DNA of 61,492 nucleotides, taken from positions 1 to 61,492 of the forward strand of contig JACQJP010000014.1 in assembly GCA_016204975.1 (NCBI GenBank), given 5' to 3'. The stretch comes from Elusimicrobiota bacterium. Lineage in GTDB: Bacteria > Elusimicrobiota > Elusimicrobia > JACQJP01. Shown here one piece after another: positions 10,122-19,687 of this stretch; position 1 is the first letter of the stretch, and every line of letters starts with the position of its first letter. Below the pieces are notes generated by a model. That model was given only the letters and a program-made list of their open reading frames with translations, had not been told where the DNA came from and did not search any database. A program made the translations under genes and the position numbers.

Positions 10122-11145
10122 AAACCCCTTTTTCGGTCATGTATCCCGTCACCAGCGATGCGGGGGTCACGTCAAAGACCGGATTGTAGGCCCGCGTACC
10201 GACAGGCGCGATAGAAAGCCCCCGAATGCTGGTGAGCTCCCGGGAAGACCTTTCCTCAATGGGGATTTTCATTCCGGAACCCATCGCGGGATCCAAAGTG
10301 GTGGAGGGCGCCGCCACATAAAAGGGAATTCGGTGGGCACGAGCTAATACCGACAGGGCATAGGTTCCGATCTTGTTGGCCACGTCTCCCCCACGGGTGA
10401 TGCGATCCGCCCCGACAATCACCACATCCACCTGCCCCTGCCGCAGCAAAAAACCGGCTGCCCCATCCGCAATCAAAGTCAGCGGCACCCCGCTCTTCTT
10501 CGCCTCCCAGGCGGTGAGGCGACTCCCCTGAAGCCAGGGCCGGGTTTCACAGGCATAGACCTCCACCCGGCCGGTTCTTCTAAAAAGCTCCTGAATTACT
10601 CCCCAGGCCGTCCCGACCCCGGAGGTGGCCAGAGCCCCGGTGTTACACAGGGTCAGGATGCGCAGGCGTCTGCCGCCATAAAGCCTTTGGAGCCTCCGAG
10701 CTCCCTTGCGAGACAGCGCCCGGTTGGCCTCTAAATCGCGGTGAAAATACTGAAGCGCCGCCCGCTCCAACCCCCGGGCAATTTTCCGCACTCCTCCAGC
10801 CCTACCGGAATGTTTCCGCAGCGCCTGCAAGGATCCCTCCATAAAACAGAGCGCATTTCTCAAATTGATCGCCGTAGGACGCGCCTGAAGCAATCGCTGC
10901 TGCCAATGCCGGAGAACTCCGGGAAGATTCTCCGGCCTCCCACGGTATCGCCGGGCCTGGAGCGCCAGCCCAAACGCGGCACATACCCCAATGGCGGGGG
11001 CTCCCCGCACAACCATCCGACGGATGGCCCGAAAAACCTCCGAGGCGCTCCGGACCTGGAGATACTCTTCGCGAAAAGGAAGCTTTCTCTGGTCCAAGAG
11101 AAACAAAGACCCCTTCTTCCAAAGGATGGGATGGATAGAGGACAT
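10030..11145 (-). CDS. mtnA: S-methyl-5-thioribose-1-phosphate isomerase
   Basis: LLDQRKLP, MVVRGAPAIG, CNTGALAT, ETRPWLQGSRLTAWE, GADRI, ANKIGTY, FDVTP. Confidence 0.95.
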   Translation of the reverse strand: MSSIHPILWKKGSLFLLDQRKLPFREEYLQVRSASEVFRAIRRMVVRGAPAIGVCAAFGLALQARRYRGRPENLPGVLRHWQQRLLQARPTAINLRNALCFMEGSLQALRKHSGRAGGVRKIARGLERAALQYFHRDLEANRALSRKGARRLQRLYGGRRLRILTLCNTGALATSGVGTAWGVIQELFRRTGRVEVYACETRPWLQGSRLTAWEAKKSGVPLTLIADGAAGFLLRQGQVDVVIVGADRITRGGDVANKIGTYALSVLARAHRIPFYVAAPSTTLDPAMGSGMKIPIEERSSRELTSIRGLSIAPVGTRAYNPVFDVTPASLVTGYMTEKGVFRSSQLAARFFPAGARPLRGSSQPHRSRDF

Positions 11146-11159
11146 GGGTTAATTTTACC

Positions 11160-14100
11160 TTAGACGGAAACGGATTTCCCGGCAAGCGCAAGGCGGACCG
11201 CTTTGCGCAGGACCTGGAGACTCACCGGCTTCTCCAAGAGCGGAAGATGCCGCTCGCGAAAATCCCGCTCCAGGGCTTCATTGAGAATATCTCCGGTGAC
11301 AAAAAGGAAGGTGGGGCGAGGCGCATGGCTGAAACTTTCCCAGCCTTCGTAAAGCTCAATGCCTGTGCCGTCCCCCAGGCGAACATCCGTCACCACCAAA
11401 TCAAAGCTTTTTTCGGAGACCTTCTGCGCCGCCTGCCGAAAACTCTGTGCCTCCTCCACCTTCTCCCCCTCCGCCTCCAGACTCTTGCGCAAAAGGGCCA
11501 ACACCGCAGGTTCGTCATCCACCACCAGGACCCGCTTGCCCCGAACCTCCCGAGACAGCCGCACCCCCTGTTTCTGCTCAGAGACCCTACGATGCGCCAC
11601 GGGAAGCTCAAACCAAAACGTGGCTCCTGATCCTTCCGCCGTTTCCTGCAGACCGATTCTCCCCCCATGCTCCTCCAGAATCTGACGACAGACGGTCAGG
11701 CCAAGCCCCGTCCCCCTCCCGGCAGGCTTGGTGGTGAAAAACGGATCAAACAGTCGCCCGCGAGCCGACTCCGGAATTCCGGGGCCTGAGTCGGAGACCT
11801 CCACGCGGACCTTCCCTTTTTGGATCTGACCGGAAATTCGGATTTCCTGCGCCCCAGCGCCAGGAGACACCGCATCGCAGGCATTGTTCACCAGATTGAT
11901 CACCACCTGCTCCAGTTGCTGGAAATCCCCCAGGACCCTGGGCAGCCTGGAATCCAATCGGACGGTCACTGAGACCGAAGCCTCTTTCTTAAGCTTATAC
12001 TCCAAAAGCTCCAAGGCCGCCTGCACCACCTTGGGCAACTCCACGGGGATCTTCTCCCCCTCCCGGCGACGCACGAAAAACAGCAGATTCTGCACGATTT
12101 TCGTGCATCGAAGGGCGCTTTCACGGATGAGGCGCAAATCCTCCCGCATGGAAGCGGCATCCTCCTGCCCGGAAGACAAAAACTCCGCATACCCTACCAC
12201 AGCCTGGAGGGGATTGTTGAGCTCATGGGCCACGCTGGAGATGAGCTGCCCCACCGCGGAAAGCTTCTCCGACCGAATGATCTGCTGCTGGAGCTTCTTG
12301 GCGTCCGTCACGTCCCGAATCACCACCGTCCATTCCCGGTTCATCCAAAAATCCGGATAGGCTCCTCCCCAGGAGAGGCTCAGTTCCAGTCGCTTGCCCT
12401 CCCGAGAAAGCCCGGTCAAAACAAACTCTCTCACAGAACCCCTGGTCATCACCTCCGCCAAGAGGCGTTGCCAATCCTGTCCGGAGCCGCCGGAAAAAAG
12501 GAAGGAAACCGGTTTTCCAAAAACCTGCTCGGGCGCATAGCCAAAGATCTCCTCTGCCCCCCGACTCCAGGTGGCGATCCGATGTTGCGAGGAAAGACCC
12601 AGGATGGCCACTGGGGAGTTGTCCAAAACAGCACGGTACCTGGCCTCCGACTGCGCCAGGTGCCGAAAAAGCCCCAGATTTTCAATGGCCAACCCTGCCG
12701 CATTGGCAAAAAGACCCAGCCCCTCTTGGTCAGACTCCTGGAGAGCCCTGTAGCTATAGTAGTTGTCCGCCGCGAAAACTCCAAAAACCTGGTTTTTGCC
12801 GCAGATGGGAGCCAGGAGAAACTCACGGGTCTTGGACTCCCGGACATAGTCCGGATTGACCCGAAGGTCCTTTAAAGGATCGCGGACCCAAAGGTTTTGC
12901 CGCGTGGAGACGACCTCATTGAGGATCTCCCGGGCCCCCAGGGGAATCTGGCGTTTCCGAAAAGTCTGTTCTGAAAGTCCCATGGCCTCCGTCTCGTAGA
13001 CATACCGTCCCACAATCTTCTGTTGCGCCTTATCCACCCAGTAAAGAGCCGTGCGGTCCAAGGAAAGTCCCCGAGCCACGGACCGGAGAGCCGTCCGGAG
13101 GATGGCCTCCTCGTCGAGCCCCTTCATGACGGCTCTCTCCATCTCCCGCAGCGCCTCCAGAAAACGCACCCGAGACCGCAGCTCCTCCGTTCGGGCACGC
13201 AGCCGCAAGGTCATGGCATTGAAGGAGTCTGCCAATGCCTTCAGTTCCCGGACCTCCGGAGAGGGAAACTGGTAATCCAGGTTCCCCGACGCCAGGTGTT
13301 CGGTTCCCCGCACCAGATCCTGAACCGGCCGGAGGGACCTCTGAACCCTCCAGACGATAAAACCGGACAGGCAGAGACCGATGGCAATGGAAAAGAGGAC
13401 GATCCAAGCGGCAATCAACCTCACCGGCACCAGAAACTCCTCTAAGTCCGCAACCGTCACCACATTCCAGGGGGTTTTAGGAATGGCCCTCTCCCCCATC
13501 AAGAAGTGCGCAAAAGAGGGAGCGGAGCCCATCACCCTATGCCCCTCCCGATTTGTCAGATAGGTCTTTCCACGGGCCCCGACCTGAAACCCCTCCAAGA
13601 GGCCTTGGACAAATCGAAGGTCGCAGACGAAGAGGAGAGTCCCCTGCATCTTTCCGGAAGAACCCCGCCGGGGAGAGGCGTAGCGCAAAATCCAGCCATT
13701 CTCCCCCTGCTCGATCGGAGAGACAAAGAGCTGACCCTCCAAAACACCCTTGGGAATAGGCATCCCCTGTGAAGAAGGCTTTCGGAGTATCCGATGCCCC
13801 TGAACTTGGGAGACGATCCGGCCCTCAAAATCCAGATAGATGATCTCTCGATAGACCTGAGCGCGTTGGGAAAACCTCCATAGGTACTCGTCAATGCCCT
13901 TCCGAACCATCCGGGCCTCCTCCAGAAGGCCATAGGACACGTTCTTGGCGTAGTCTTCAAACAGCGGGCTTTCCCCAACCGCCTCCACCTCCGCGGATCT
14001 GCGTTGGAAAAATGCCCCTAAACTGGAGGAGGCCTGGCGGAGCAGAGTCTGAAGTTGATTCTCCACGTTCAGCAGGATCTGCCTGCGAACCAGAAAATAG

Positions 14101-14195
14101 CTGGACAAGCCAAGCAATAAGACGAATCCAAAAAGGACGGGGATAAAGCCCAGAAGAACATTCCAGCGCAGAGAGAGGTTCTTAGTCCATCTCAT
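11160..14195 (-). CDS. Hybrid sensor histidine kinase (TM-Cache-like-TM-HAMP-GAF-PAS-HisKA-HATPase-REC)
   Basis: [12 protein letters not shown]-box, [29 protein letters not shown]; C-terminal VLVVDDE...DLVVTDVRL receiver. Confidence 0.93.
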   Translation of the reverse strand: MRWTKNLSLRWNVLLGFIPVLFGFVLLLGLSSYFLVRRQILLNVENQLQTLLRQASSSLGAFFQRRSAEVEAVGESPLFEDYAKNVSYGLLEEARMVRKGIDEYLWRFSQRAQVYREIIYLDFEGRIVSQVQGHRILRKPSSQGMPIPKGVLEGQLFVSPIEQGENGWILRYASPRRGSSGKMQGTLLFVCDLRFVQGLLEGFQVGARGKTYLTNREGHRVMGSAPSFAHFLMGERAIPKTPWNVVTVADLEEFLVPVRLIAAWIVLFSIAIGLCLSGFIVWRVQRSLRPVQDLVRGTEHLASGNLDYQFPSPEVRELKALADSFNAMTLRLRARTEELRSRVRFLEALREMERAVMKGLDEEAILRTALRSVARGLSLDRTALYWVDKAQQKIVGRYVYETEAMGLSEQTFRKRQIPLGAREILNEVVSTRQNLWVRDPLKDLRVNPDYVRESKTREFLLAPICGKNQVFGVFAADNYYSYRALQESDQEGLGLFANAAGLAIENLGLFRHLAQSEARYRAVLDNSPVAILGLSSQHRIATWSRGAEEIFGYAPEQVFGKPVSFLFSGGSGQDWQRLLAEVMTRGSVREFVLTGLSREGKRLELSLSWGGAYPDFWMNREWTVVIRDVTDAKKLQQQIIRSEKLSAVGQLISSVAHELNNPLQAVVGYAEFLSSGQEDAASMREDLRLIRESALRCTKIVQNLLFFVRRREGEKIPVELPKVVQAALELLEYKLKKEASVSVTVRLDSRLPRVLGDFQQLEQVVINLVNNACDAVSPGAGAQEIRISGQIQKGKVRVEVSDSGPGIPESARGRLFDPFFTTKPAGRGTGLGLTVCRQILEEHGGRIGLQETAEGSGATFWFELPVAHRRVSEQKQGVRLSREVRGKRVLVVDDEPAVLALLRKSLEAEGEKVEEAQSFRQAAQKVSEKSFDLVVTDVRLGDGTGIELYEGWESFSHAPRPTFLFVTGDILNEALERDFRERHLPLLEKPVSLQVLRKAVRLALAGKSVSV

Positions 14196-14207
14196 GTCAA
14201 TGTCGGA

Positions 14208-14630
14208 TCACAACAATCCAGAAAAGAAAGCGAGCCAGTACACTCCGGATAGAAACGGAAACAAGGCCACCAAACCGAAATGGCTCAGCCGTCCTAAAAA
14301 GCCCCCTGGCCAAATCCGAGGATATACATAGACCTGGATGAACGTCCGATATCCCCAAAAAATGCCCAGAAAGCAGGAAAGCGCCATCCCCAGCCGGCCG
14401 CCCTCCGCCATCTCCCTTGAACAAACCGCCACCACAGTCCCCAGCCCCAAAATCACCAAGACAATCCCCCCACCCATGACCAGCACCATTCTGCGGTTGA
14501 TCGGGGCCAGCTTTGCAAGATCCTCCCTCCAGCCCAACATCCTCGGGGCCAGCAGCATGGCCGGAACGTTCAAAAAATGAAGCATCCCCGCCAGAAAAAG
14601 CAGATCCTCCAGAGAAAGAAGTGGACTCAT
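14208..14630 (-). CDS. Small four-helix membrane protein, hypothetical
   Basis: Four hydrophobic segments; GGGAGG RBS upstream; tightly packed in operon. Confidence 0.75.
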   Translation of the reverse strand: MSPLLSLEDLLFLAGMLHFLNVPAMLLAPRMLGWREDLAKLAPINRRMVLVMGGGIVLVILGLGTVVAVCSREMAEGGRLGMALSCFLGIFWGYRTFIQVYVYPRIWPGGFLGRLSHFGLVALFPFLSGVYWLAFFSGLL

Positions 14631-14650
14631 CGTACCTCCCTTAGATATCC

Positions 14651-16153
14651 TTACGGTTTTCGAGCTGCCTCGGAGCTCTCCAGCTCCACCCGATCGAAAT
14701 AAGGCATTCCCGTGATCGAAGGAACAAAACGCACGCCCCGCCGAACGCCGTATGTCCGGAGCCTCTGATAGGTAAAAATACTCAGGGCCTGTTCCCAGAT
14801 GAGCCGATCCAGGTCTTCCCCTTTCTTCTGCCTCGCATCGGGGTTCAGCTCCGCAACCATCGCTTCCAGGACTCGGTCATACTCCGTATCCTTGTGCAGA
14901 GAGTAAGGAGACTTGGAGTAAAGTAAAATGCTTTGAATGAAAAAACTGTGAGCCATGGGATCCGGCATGCCGCCCATGGCCAAATCATAGTTGCCCTTCC
15001 GGAGCGCCGCGATCAGCTCCTCCCCCGTCTCAATCCAGTCCATCTCCAAAAGAACGCCCACCTGGGAGAGTTGCTTGGACAGAATCTGTGCGGTTCTCTT
15101 GCCCTGCACATAGACCAAGGCCTTGAGCTTGACCGGCATAGAAACTCCCGCCTCCCACAAAAGTCTCCGAGCCTTTTCCGGATCGTAGGGATAGGGACGC
15201 AGACCTGCATGGTGCCCCTCCTCGCCGGGCATGGACAGGGCGGCCAGAGACCTGCCGTTGCCGAACAGGTCATAGCGAATCAGATCCTCCCGATGGATCG
15301 CATGGTTTATGGCCTGCCGAACCCGAGGATCCGAGAGGGGTTTTTGGGAGACGTTGAACGTCGCGCCGAAAGTATAGAAGGTTTCCTTCTTCAATACCTC
15401 CGTGCCGTGGTGCTCGAACACCGTGCGGGTAAAGGTGCCGGGCAGTTCGGTCACAATGTGCAGCTCCCCATCCAGTAGGGCTTGGACCTGGGCCTGCGCA
15501 GGCAAAAACCGAAACCGCAGCTCCCGGATACTCGGAACCCCGGCGCGCCAGTACCGATCGTTGGCCTCTAAGACGACCTCCCGGCCCCGAATCCAACGCA
15601 CAAAACGAAAGGGTCCCGTCCCCACCGGCCTTTCAGCCAGAATCCCCGCTCCCTCCTTCTCCAGATAGCCTGGGGGGACAATGAGAAAAATCCATGCCAA
15701 GCGATGCAGCAACAGCCCATCCGGAAAACGTGTTTTGATATCCACGGTCCAAGGGTCCACTACCTCGATGCGCTCCATCGAGTCAATATAGGCGAGGCCG
15801 GGAAAGTTGATCTTGGGATCCAGGTAGCGCAACAAAGTTTTCCGGACCGCCTCCGCCCCAAAGGGCTCCCCATTGTGGAAGACGACCCCCCGGCGCAGAT
15901 GAAAGCGAACGGTCAAAGGATCCAACCTCTTCCAGGAAACAGCCAAGGAAGGCACGATCTTGCCCTCGGCGTCGAAGCGCACCAGCCCCTCGAAGACCTG
16001 CTGGAGCAGGGTGTAGGTTTTCTGGGAAAACTGACGGTGGGGATCGAGGGTGACGGGATCCGTCGTATCGTCGCAAACGACGAGGGTCTGGGAAAAACCA
16101 TGGAGGGGCGCCGTCCATAGGAGGAGTAGAAAAAACCGAAGCCAAAAAGGCAT
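14651..16153 (-). CDS. Family 5 (peptide/nickel-type) solute-binding protein
   Basis: Signal peptide; TLDPH, VFEGLV, PSLAVSW, LRRGVVFHNGEPF, PVGTGPFRF, DPRVRQAINHAI; start may be TTG 16162. Confidence 0.9.
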   Translation of the reverse strand: MPFWLRFFLLLLWTAPLHGFSQTLVVCDDTTDPVTLDPHRQFSQKTYTLLQQVFEGLVRFDAEGKIVPSLAVSWKRLDPLTVRFHLRRGVVFHNGEPFGAEAVRKTLLRYLDPKINFPGLAYIDSMERIEVVDPWTVDIKTRFPDGLLLHRLAWIFLIVPPGYLEKEGAGILAERPVGTGPFRFVRWIRGREVVLEANDRYWRAGVPSIRELRFRFLPAQAQVQALLDGELHIVTELPGTFTRTVFEHHGTEVLKKETFYTFGATFNVSQKPLSDPRVRQAINHAIHREDLIRYDLFGNGRSLAALSMPGEEGHHAGLRPYPYDPEKARRLLWEAGVSMPVKLKALVYVQGKRTAQILSKQLSQVGVLLEMDWIETGEELIAALRKGNYDLAMGGMPDPMAHSFFIQSILLYSKSPYSLHKDTEYDRVLEAMVAELNPDARQKKGEDLDRLIWEQALSIFTYQRLRTYGVRRGVRFVPSITGMPYFDRVELESSEAARKP

Positions 16154-16162
16154 CGCGCGCAA

Positions 16163-17212
16163 TTACTTCCTTGCCACCGCCATGGCGAAGGGTCCGCCCA
16201 GGGAAGCCACCCGGGTCTCTTCAAATCCAACCTCACGGAGCCATTGGCAAATCTCCCGACCGGTACGGTTGCGCCCCTGCTCGGTCTCAATCAACATGTC
16301 CAGGCTCATGAGAAGCCCGAAGAGGTTGTGCCGCCTTTCCTCGTCAACGAGAGCCTCGATGACCAAGAGGGTGCCCCCCTTCGGCAATGCCCGATACACC
16401 TTGGCCAAGAGCTTCCGGCAATCCTCCTCCCCGAAACCATGCAGAAGGTTGCCCAAGGCATAAACCTCCGCCTCCGGCAAGGGGTCTGAGAAACAATCCC
16501 CCCCCACAAACTCCACCCGATCCACGACCCCTGCGCGCTGGGCATATTCGCGAAAGATCGGCTCCACGGCGGGAAGATCCATGTTGATCCCCCGGAGGTT
16601 CGGGTAGGCCTTGGCCACCTCGATGTTTAAGGTCCCCGGACCCCCGCCCAGATCGCAGAAGGTGCGGCAACGGGAGAAGTCAAACCGGCGCGCCGCCTCC
16701 ACAGAGGAGCCGGCGGAAAGCCCCACCATGGCTCTCACAAACAGATTCTGTTTGGCGGGATCCGAATACAAAATCTCAAAGAGCGGGCGGCTGTCCTGCC
16801 GAGTCTCATTCTGGGGGCGGCCGCTGCGCAAGGCTTCCTCCAGGCCTCCCCAGAAGCCATAGAGGCGCTGGTTCAGCATCAGAAAAATCTCCCCGATGTA
16901 ATGGGGGGAGCCTTTGTTTAGAAAGAGCTGTGCCTCCGGCGTATTCCGGTAGATCCCATCCTCGCGTCCTAAAACGGAGAGCGCTACCAAGGCGTCCAGG
17001 AAATCGCGAGCCGCGCGCGGATGAAGCCCCAACTCCTTCTCTATCTCTGAAACGCTCCTGGGGCCCGCCGCCAAAACAGTAAAAAGATCCAAATGGACCG
17101 CCGACAAAAATACCTTACTGGACCAAAAGCCCGTCCCCAGCTCAACCAACCGTTCCGGTCCGGCCGAGGCAGGCGCTCCGACGCCGGCAGAACCCACGGG
17201 TTGGGTCTTCAT
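16163..17212 (-). CDS. SAM-dependent O-methyltransferase (dimerisation domain + Methyltransf_2)
   Basis: GFWSSKVFLSAVHLDLF, DLGGGPG SAM motif, MDLP, GDCF, NLLHGF, ALPKGG. Confidence 0.92.
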   Translation of the reverse strand: MKTQPVGSAGVGAPASAGPERLVELGTGFWSSKVFLSAVHLDLFTVLAAGPRSVSEIEKELGLHPRAARDFLDALVALSVLGREDGIYRNTPEAQLFLNKGSPHYIGEIFLMLNQRLYGFWGGLEEALRSGRPQNETRQDSRPLFEILYSDPAKQNLFVRAMVGLSAGSSVEAARRFDFSRCRTFCDLGGGPGTLNIEVAKAYPNLRGINMDLPAVEPIFREYAQRAGVVDRVEFVGGDCFSDPLPEAEVYALGNLLHGFGEEDCRKLLAKVYRALPKGGTLLVIEALVDEERRHNLFGLLMSLDMLIETEQGRNRTGREICQWLREVGFEETRVASLGGPFAMAVARK

Positions 17213-18990
17213 GAGGATCCTTCAAAAAAGCGATCCAGGGTTTCTACCCTCAAGGAGAGGGGAGGCATCTCCTCCGGGTCCACCAGAGCGTCAATCACTG
17301 TTGGGCGGCCGGAAATCAGGGCCCGGGAAAGAGCCTCCGCTAACTCTCCCGGCCTTTCCACCCGCAACGCCAGGGCCCCCATCGCCTCCGCCATCTGGGC
17401 GATATCCAAGGGCCTGCGAAATCTGCCCCCCGCAGAAAACTTTCCTTTGTACATCAACTGCTCGCCGTGGCAGACCATCCCATGTCCTCCATTGTTCATC
17501 ACCAGCCAGATGACGGGGATATCGTGTTCGACGGCGGTATGGACCTCCATCCCATTCATGGCAAAGGCGGCATCCCCCACCAAGGCCAGGACCGGAGCCT
17601 CGGGAGCGGCCAACTTTCCCCCGATGGCGGCGCCCACTGCATGGCCCATGGAGGCAAAACCCAGGTTGATATGGAAGGTCCCCGGCTCTGTCACCGTAAA
17701 AAAATGAAAGGCCCAGGCCATGACGTTGCCGATGTCCACAAAGAGGTGCGCCCTTTGGGGCAGAGCCTCCTGAAGCTCCCGCATCAGGCGCTGGGGTTTG
17801 AGGGGGAGGGATAAGTCCTCAAACCCGCGGGTCTCCACAAAGCGAGGGGTCTTGGATTTAAACTCCCGAATCCACTCTTCCCTTTTTTCCAGTTCCTGAG
17901 GCTGCCGCCAACGCAGCTCCCTTTCCATCTGGTAGAGCATCTCCGTCAGAACCGTCCGGGCATCTCCTACCACGCCGATCGTCGCTGGGTAGTTTTTTCC
18001 GATCTCGCGCGGGTCGGCATCAATCTGAATCAACTCCTCCCGGGGCTTGAGTTTCGGACTCCAGGTACTGGTGGCCAATTCCCCCAGGCTGGTCCCCACC
18101 GTCAAAAGAACATCCACCTCTCCGGAACGGAAATAAGTGTCCGCCTGCGGGCTGCCCGCAAACCCAAGAACCCCAAAGGAGAGGAGGTGGCTCTCCGGGA
18201 AAACACCCTTCGCCTTAGGAGTGGTAGCCACCGGGATGCGCAGCTTCTCCGCCAACTGACGAACCTGATCCCACGCATGCGACAAGTAGGCTCCGTGTCC
18301 CACCAGCATGGCTGGACGGCGAGCCTGTATCAGTCTGCAGCAGGCTTTCTTGACGGCCTCCCGGTCGAAGTGGTGAAAATCGGCCCGGTAACTCTGCGGG
18401 GGCTGCAAATCCAACGGGACGGAGCGCTTCATCATGTTCGCCGGCAGGTTCAGATGCACCGGGCCGGTGCGGCCGCTCAAAGCCGTCCGCAAAACAAAAC
18501 GGACCATCTCGGACATCTTCTCAGAAGAAAGCAACATCAGGCTGGCCTTGGTCACAGGTTTGTAGAGTTCCACGACGTCCACCCCATGGACCGAACTCTC
18601 CTGTGCCGCCCCCTTCCCAAAAGCTCCGATGGCCACCTGGGCGGTCAGAATCAAAATGGGAATGGAGTCCATATAGGCACAGGCCACTCCCGTCAGGGCG
18701 TTGGTGGACCCCGGCCCGGTCGTCGTGCAGCAGACTCCCAGCCCCCCTCGAACACGCGCATAGCCATCCGCCATGAAGGCCGCCCCCTCCTCGTGCTTGG
18801 TGAGGATGGAGCGGATGCGCCGGCGCTCAAAAATCGCCTCGTACAAAGGCATCAAGGGGCCTCCGGGAATCCCAAAGATATACTCTACCCCTTCCGCTTC
18901 CAGATAGTGAAGGAGCAGCTCGATGGCAGGCAGGGTCTGGACTTTAGAGGACAGAGGCACCGCGAGTCCCTCCCTTCGGCTTAAGGGCAC
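17209..18990 (-). CDS. Thiamine diphosphate-dependent enzyme (acetolactate synthase-like carboligase/decarboxylase)
   Basis: IFGIPGG, KHEEGAAFMADGYAR, TTGPGSTN, GDAAFAMNGME...NN ThDP motif; likely start GTG 18960 (GGAGG RBS). Confidence 0.9.
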   Translation of the reverse strand: MPLSRREGLAVPLSSKVQTLPAIELLLHYLEAEGVEYIFGIPGGPLMPLYEAIFERRRIRSILTKHEEGAAFMADGYARVRGGLGVCCTTTGPGSTNALTGVACAYMDSIPILILTAQVAIGAFGKGAAQESSVHGVDVVELYKPVTKASLMLLSSEKMSEMVRFVLRTALSGRTGPVHLNLPANMMKRSVPLDLQPPQSYRADFHHFDREAVKKACCRLIQARRPAMLVGHGAYLSHAWDQVRQLAEKLRIPVATTPKAKGVFPESHLLSFGVLGFAGSPQADTYFRSGEVDVLLTVGTSLGELATSTWSPKLKPREELIQIDADPREIGKNYPATIGVVGDARTVLTEMLYQMERELRWRQPQELEKREEWIREFKSKTPRFVETRGFEDLSLPLKPQRLMRELQEALPQRAHLFVDIGNVMAWAFHFFTVTEPGTFHINLGFASMGHAVGAAIGGKLAAPEAPVLALVGDAAFAMNGMEVHTAVEHDIPVIWLVMNNGGHGMVCHGEQLMYKGKFSAGGRFRRPLDIAQMAEAMGALALRVERPGELAEALSRALISGRPTVIDALVDPEEMPPLSLRVETLDRFFEGSS

Positions 18991-19572
18991 TCAAGACCGC
19001 CGAGGAACCCCCAAAAGCCTCATGGCCTTGCGGACAAACTCCGAAATCTCAAAAGGTTTTAAAAAGAAAGCCTCGGTGTGGGACTGCATAAACCGCAACT
19101 TCTCCTGGGACAAGCGTTTCCCGGTGATGCCGATGACCCTCAGCTTGCGGGTTTTGGGGTTGGCGCGCAGCGTGGCCAGCACGCGCGCTCCATCGATGAC
19201 CGGCATCACCACATCCAGAATCAGCAGATCGGGTGGACTGTTCCCGATGGCCAGCAGGGCCTCGATCCCATCCTGGATCCACTGAACCTCCACATCCGGA
19301 GCCTCCCGCAGAAGGGCCTTTTTGAGAAGATTCCCCACGTCCTGCTCATCCTCCGCTAGGAGCACCCTGCGACGCGCAAAGGAGAGGTTCTGCGGGATGG
19401 GAAAGCGATATCGTTTGAGAAAGTAAACCAGGTCGGAAGCCAAGATGCGGCGGTGGCCCCCGGGGGTGGCAAAGACCTTAATCTTTCCCTCCTTGGCCCA
19501 CTTAATGACCGTGCTCGGGTAGACATTGCAGATATCGGCGGCTTGAAAGGTGGTATAAGTTTTCTCTGTCAT
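18991..19572 (-). CDS. Response regulator with N-terminal excisionase/MerR-like HTH
   Basis: YTTFQAADICNV...WAKEGKIKVFATPGGHRRI HTH; VLLAEDE, LLILDVVMP, FLKPF receiver. Confidence 0.92.
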   Translation of the reverse strand: MTEKTYTTFQAADICNVYPSTVIKWAKEGKIKVFATPGGHRRILASDLVYFLKRYRFPIPQNLSFARRRVLLAEDEQDVGNLLKKALLREAPDVEVQWIQDGIEALLAIGNSPPDLLILDVVMPVIDGARVLATLRANPKTRKLRVIGITGKRLSQEKLRFMQSHTEAFFLKPFEISEFVRKAMRLLGVPRRS

Positions 19573-19645
19573 CTAATTTCTCCCGCTTCCCCAGGATCAG
19601 TCAGAAAAACAAGAGAGGTAATAAAACTAATCCGATGACACCAGG

Positions 19646-19674
19646 AGTATAGACCCCCCTAGTGCGGGTGTCAA
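19646..19674 (-). promoter_or_regulatory. Sigma70-type promoter of the RR-ThDP operon
   Basis: TTGACA (19674-19669), 17-nt spacer, TATACT (19651-19646). Confidence 0.75.
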
Positions 19675-19687
19675 GGGGAAATATTTT

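Noticed and set aside
17209-18990. Calling the ThDP enzyme ilvB
   Set aside because: No ilvN/ilvC neighbours and the context is regulatory and tailoring genes; only the family is supported
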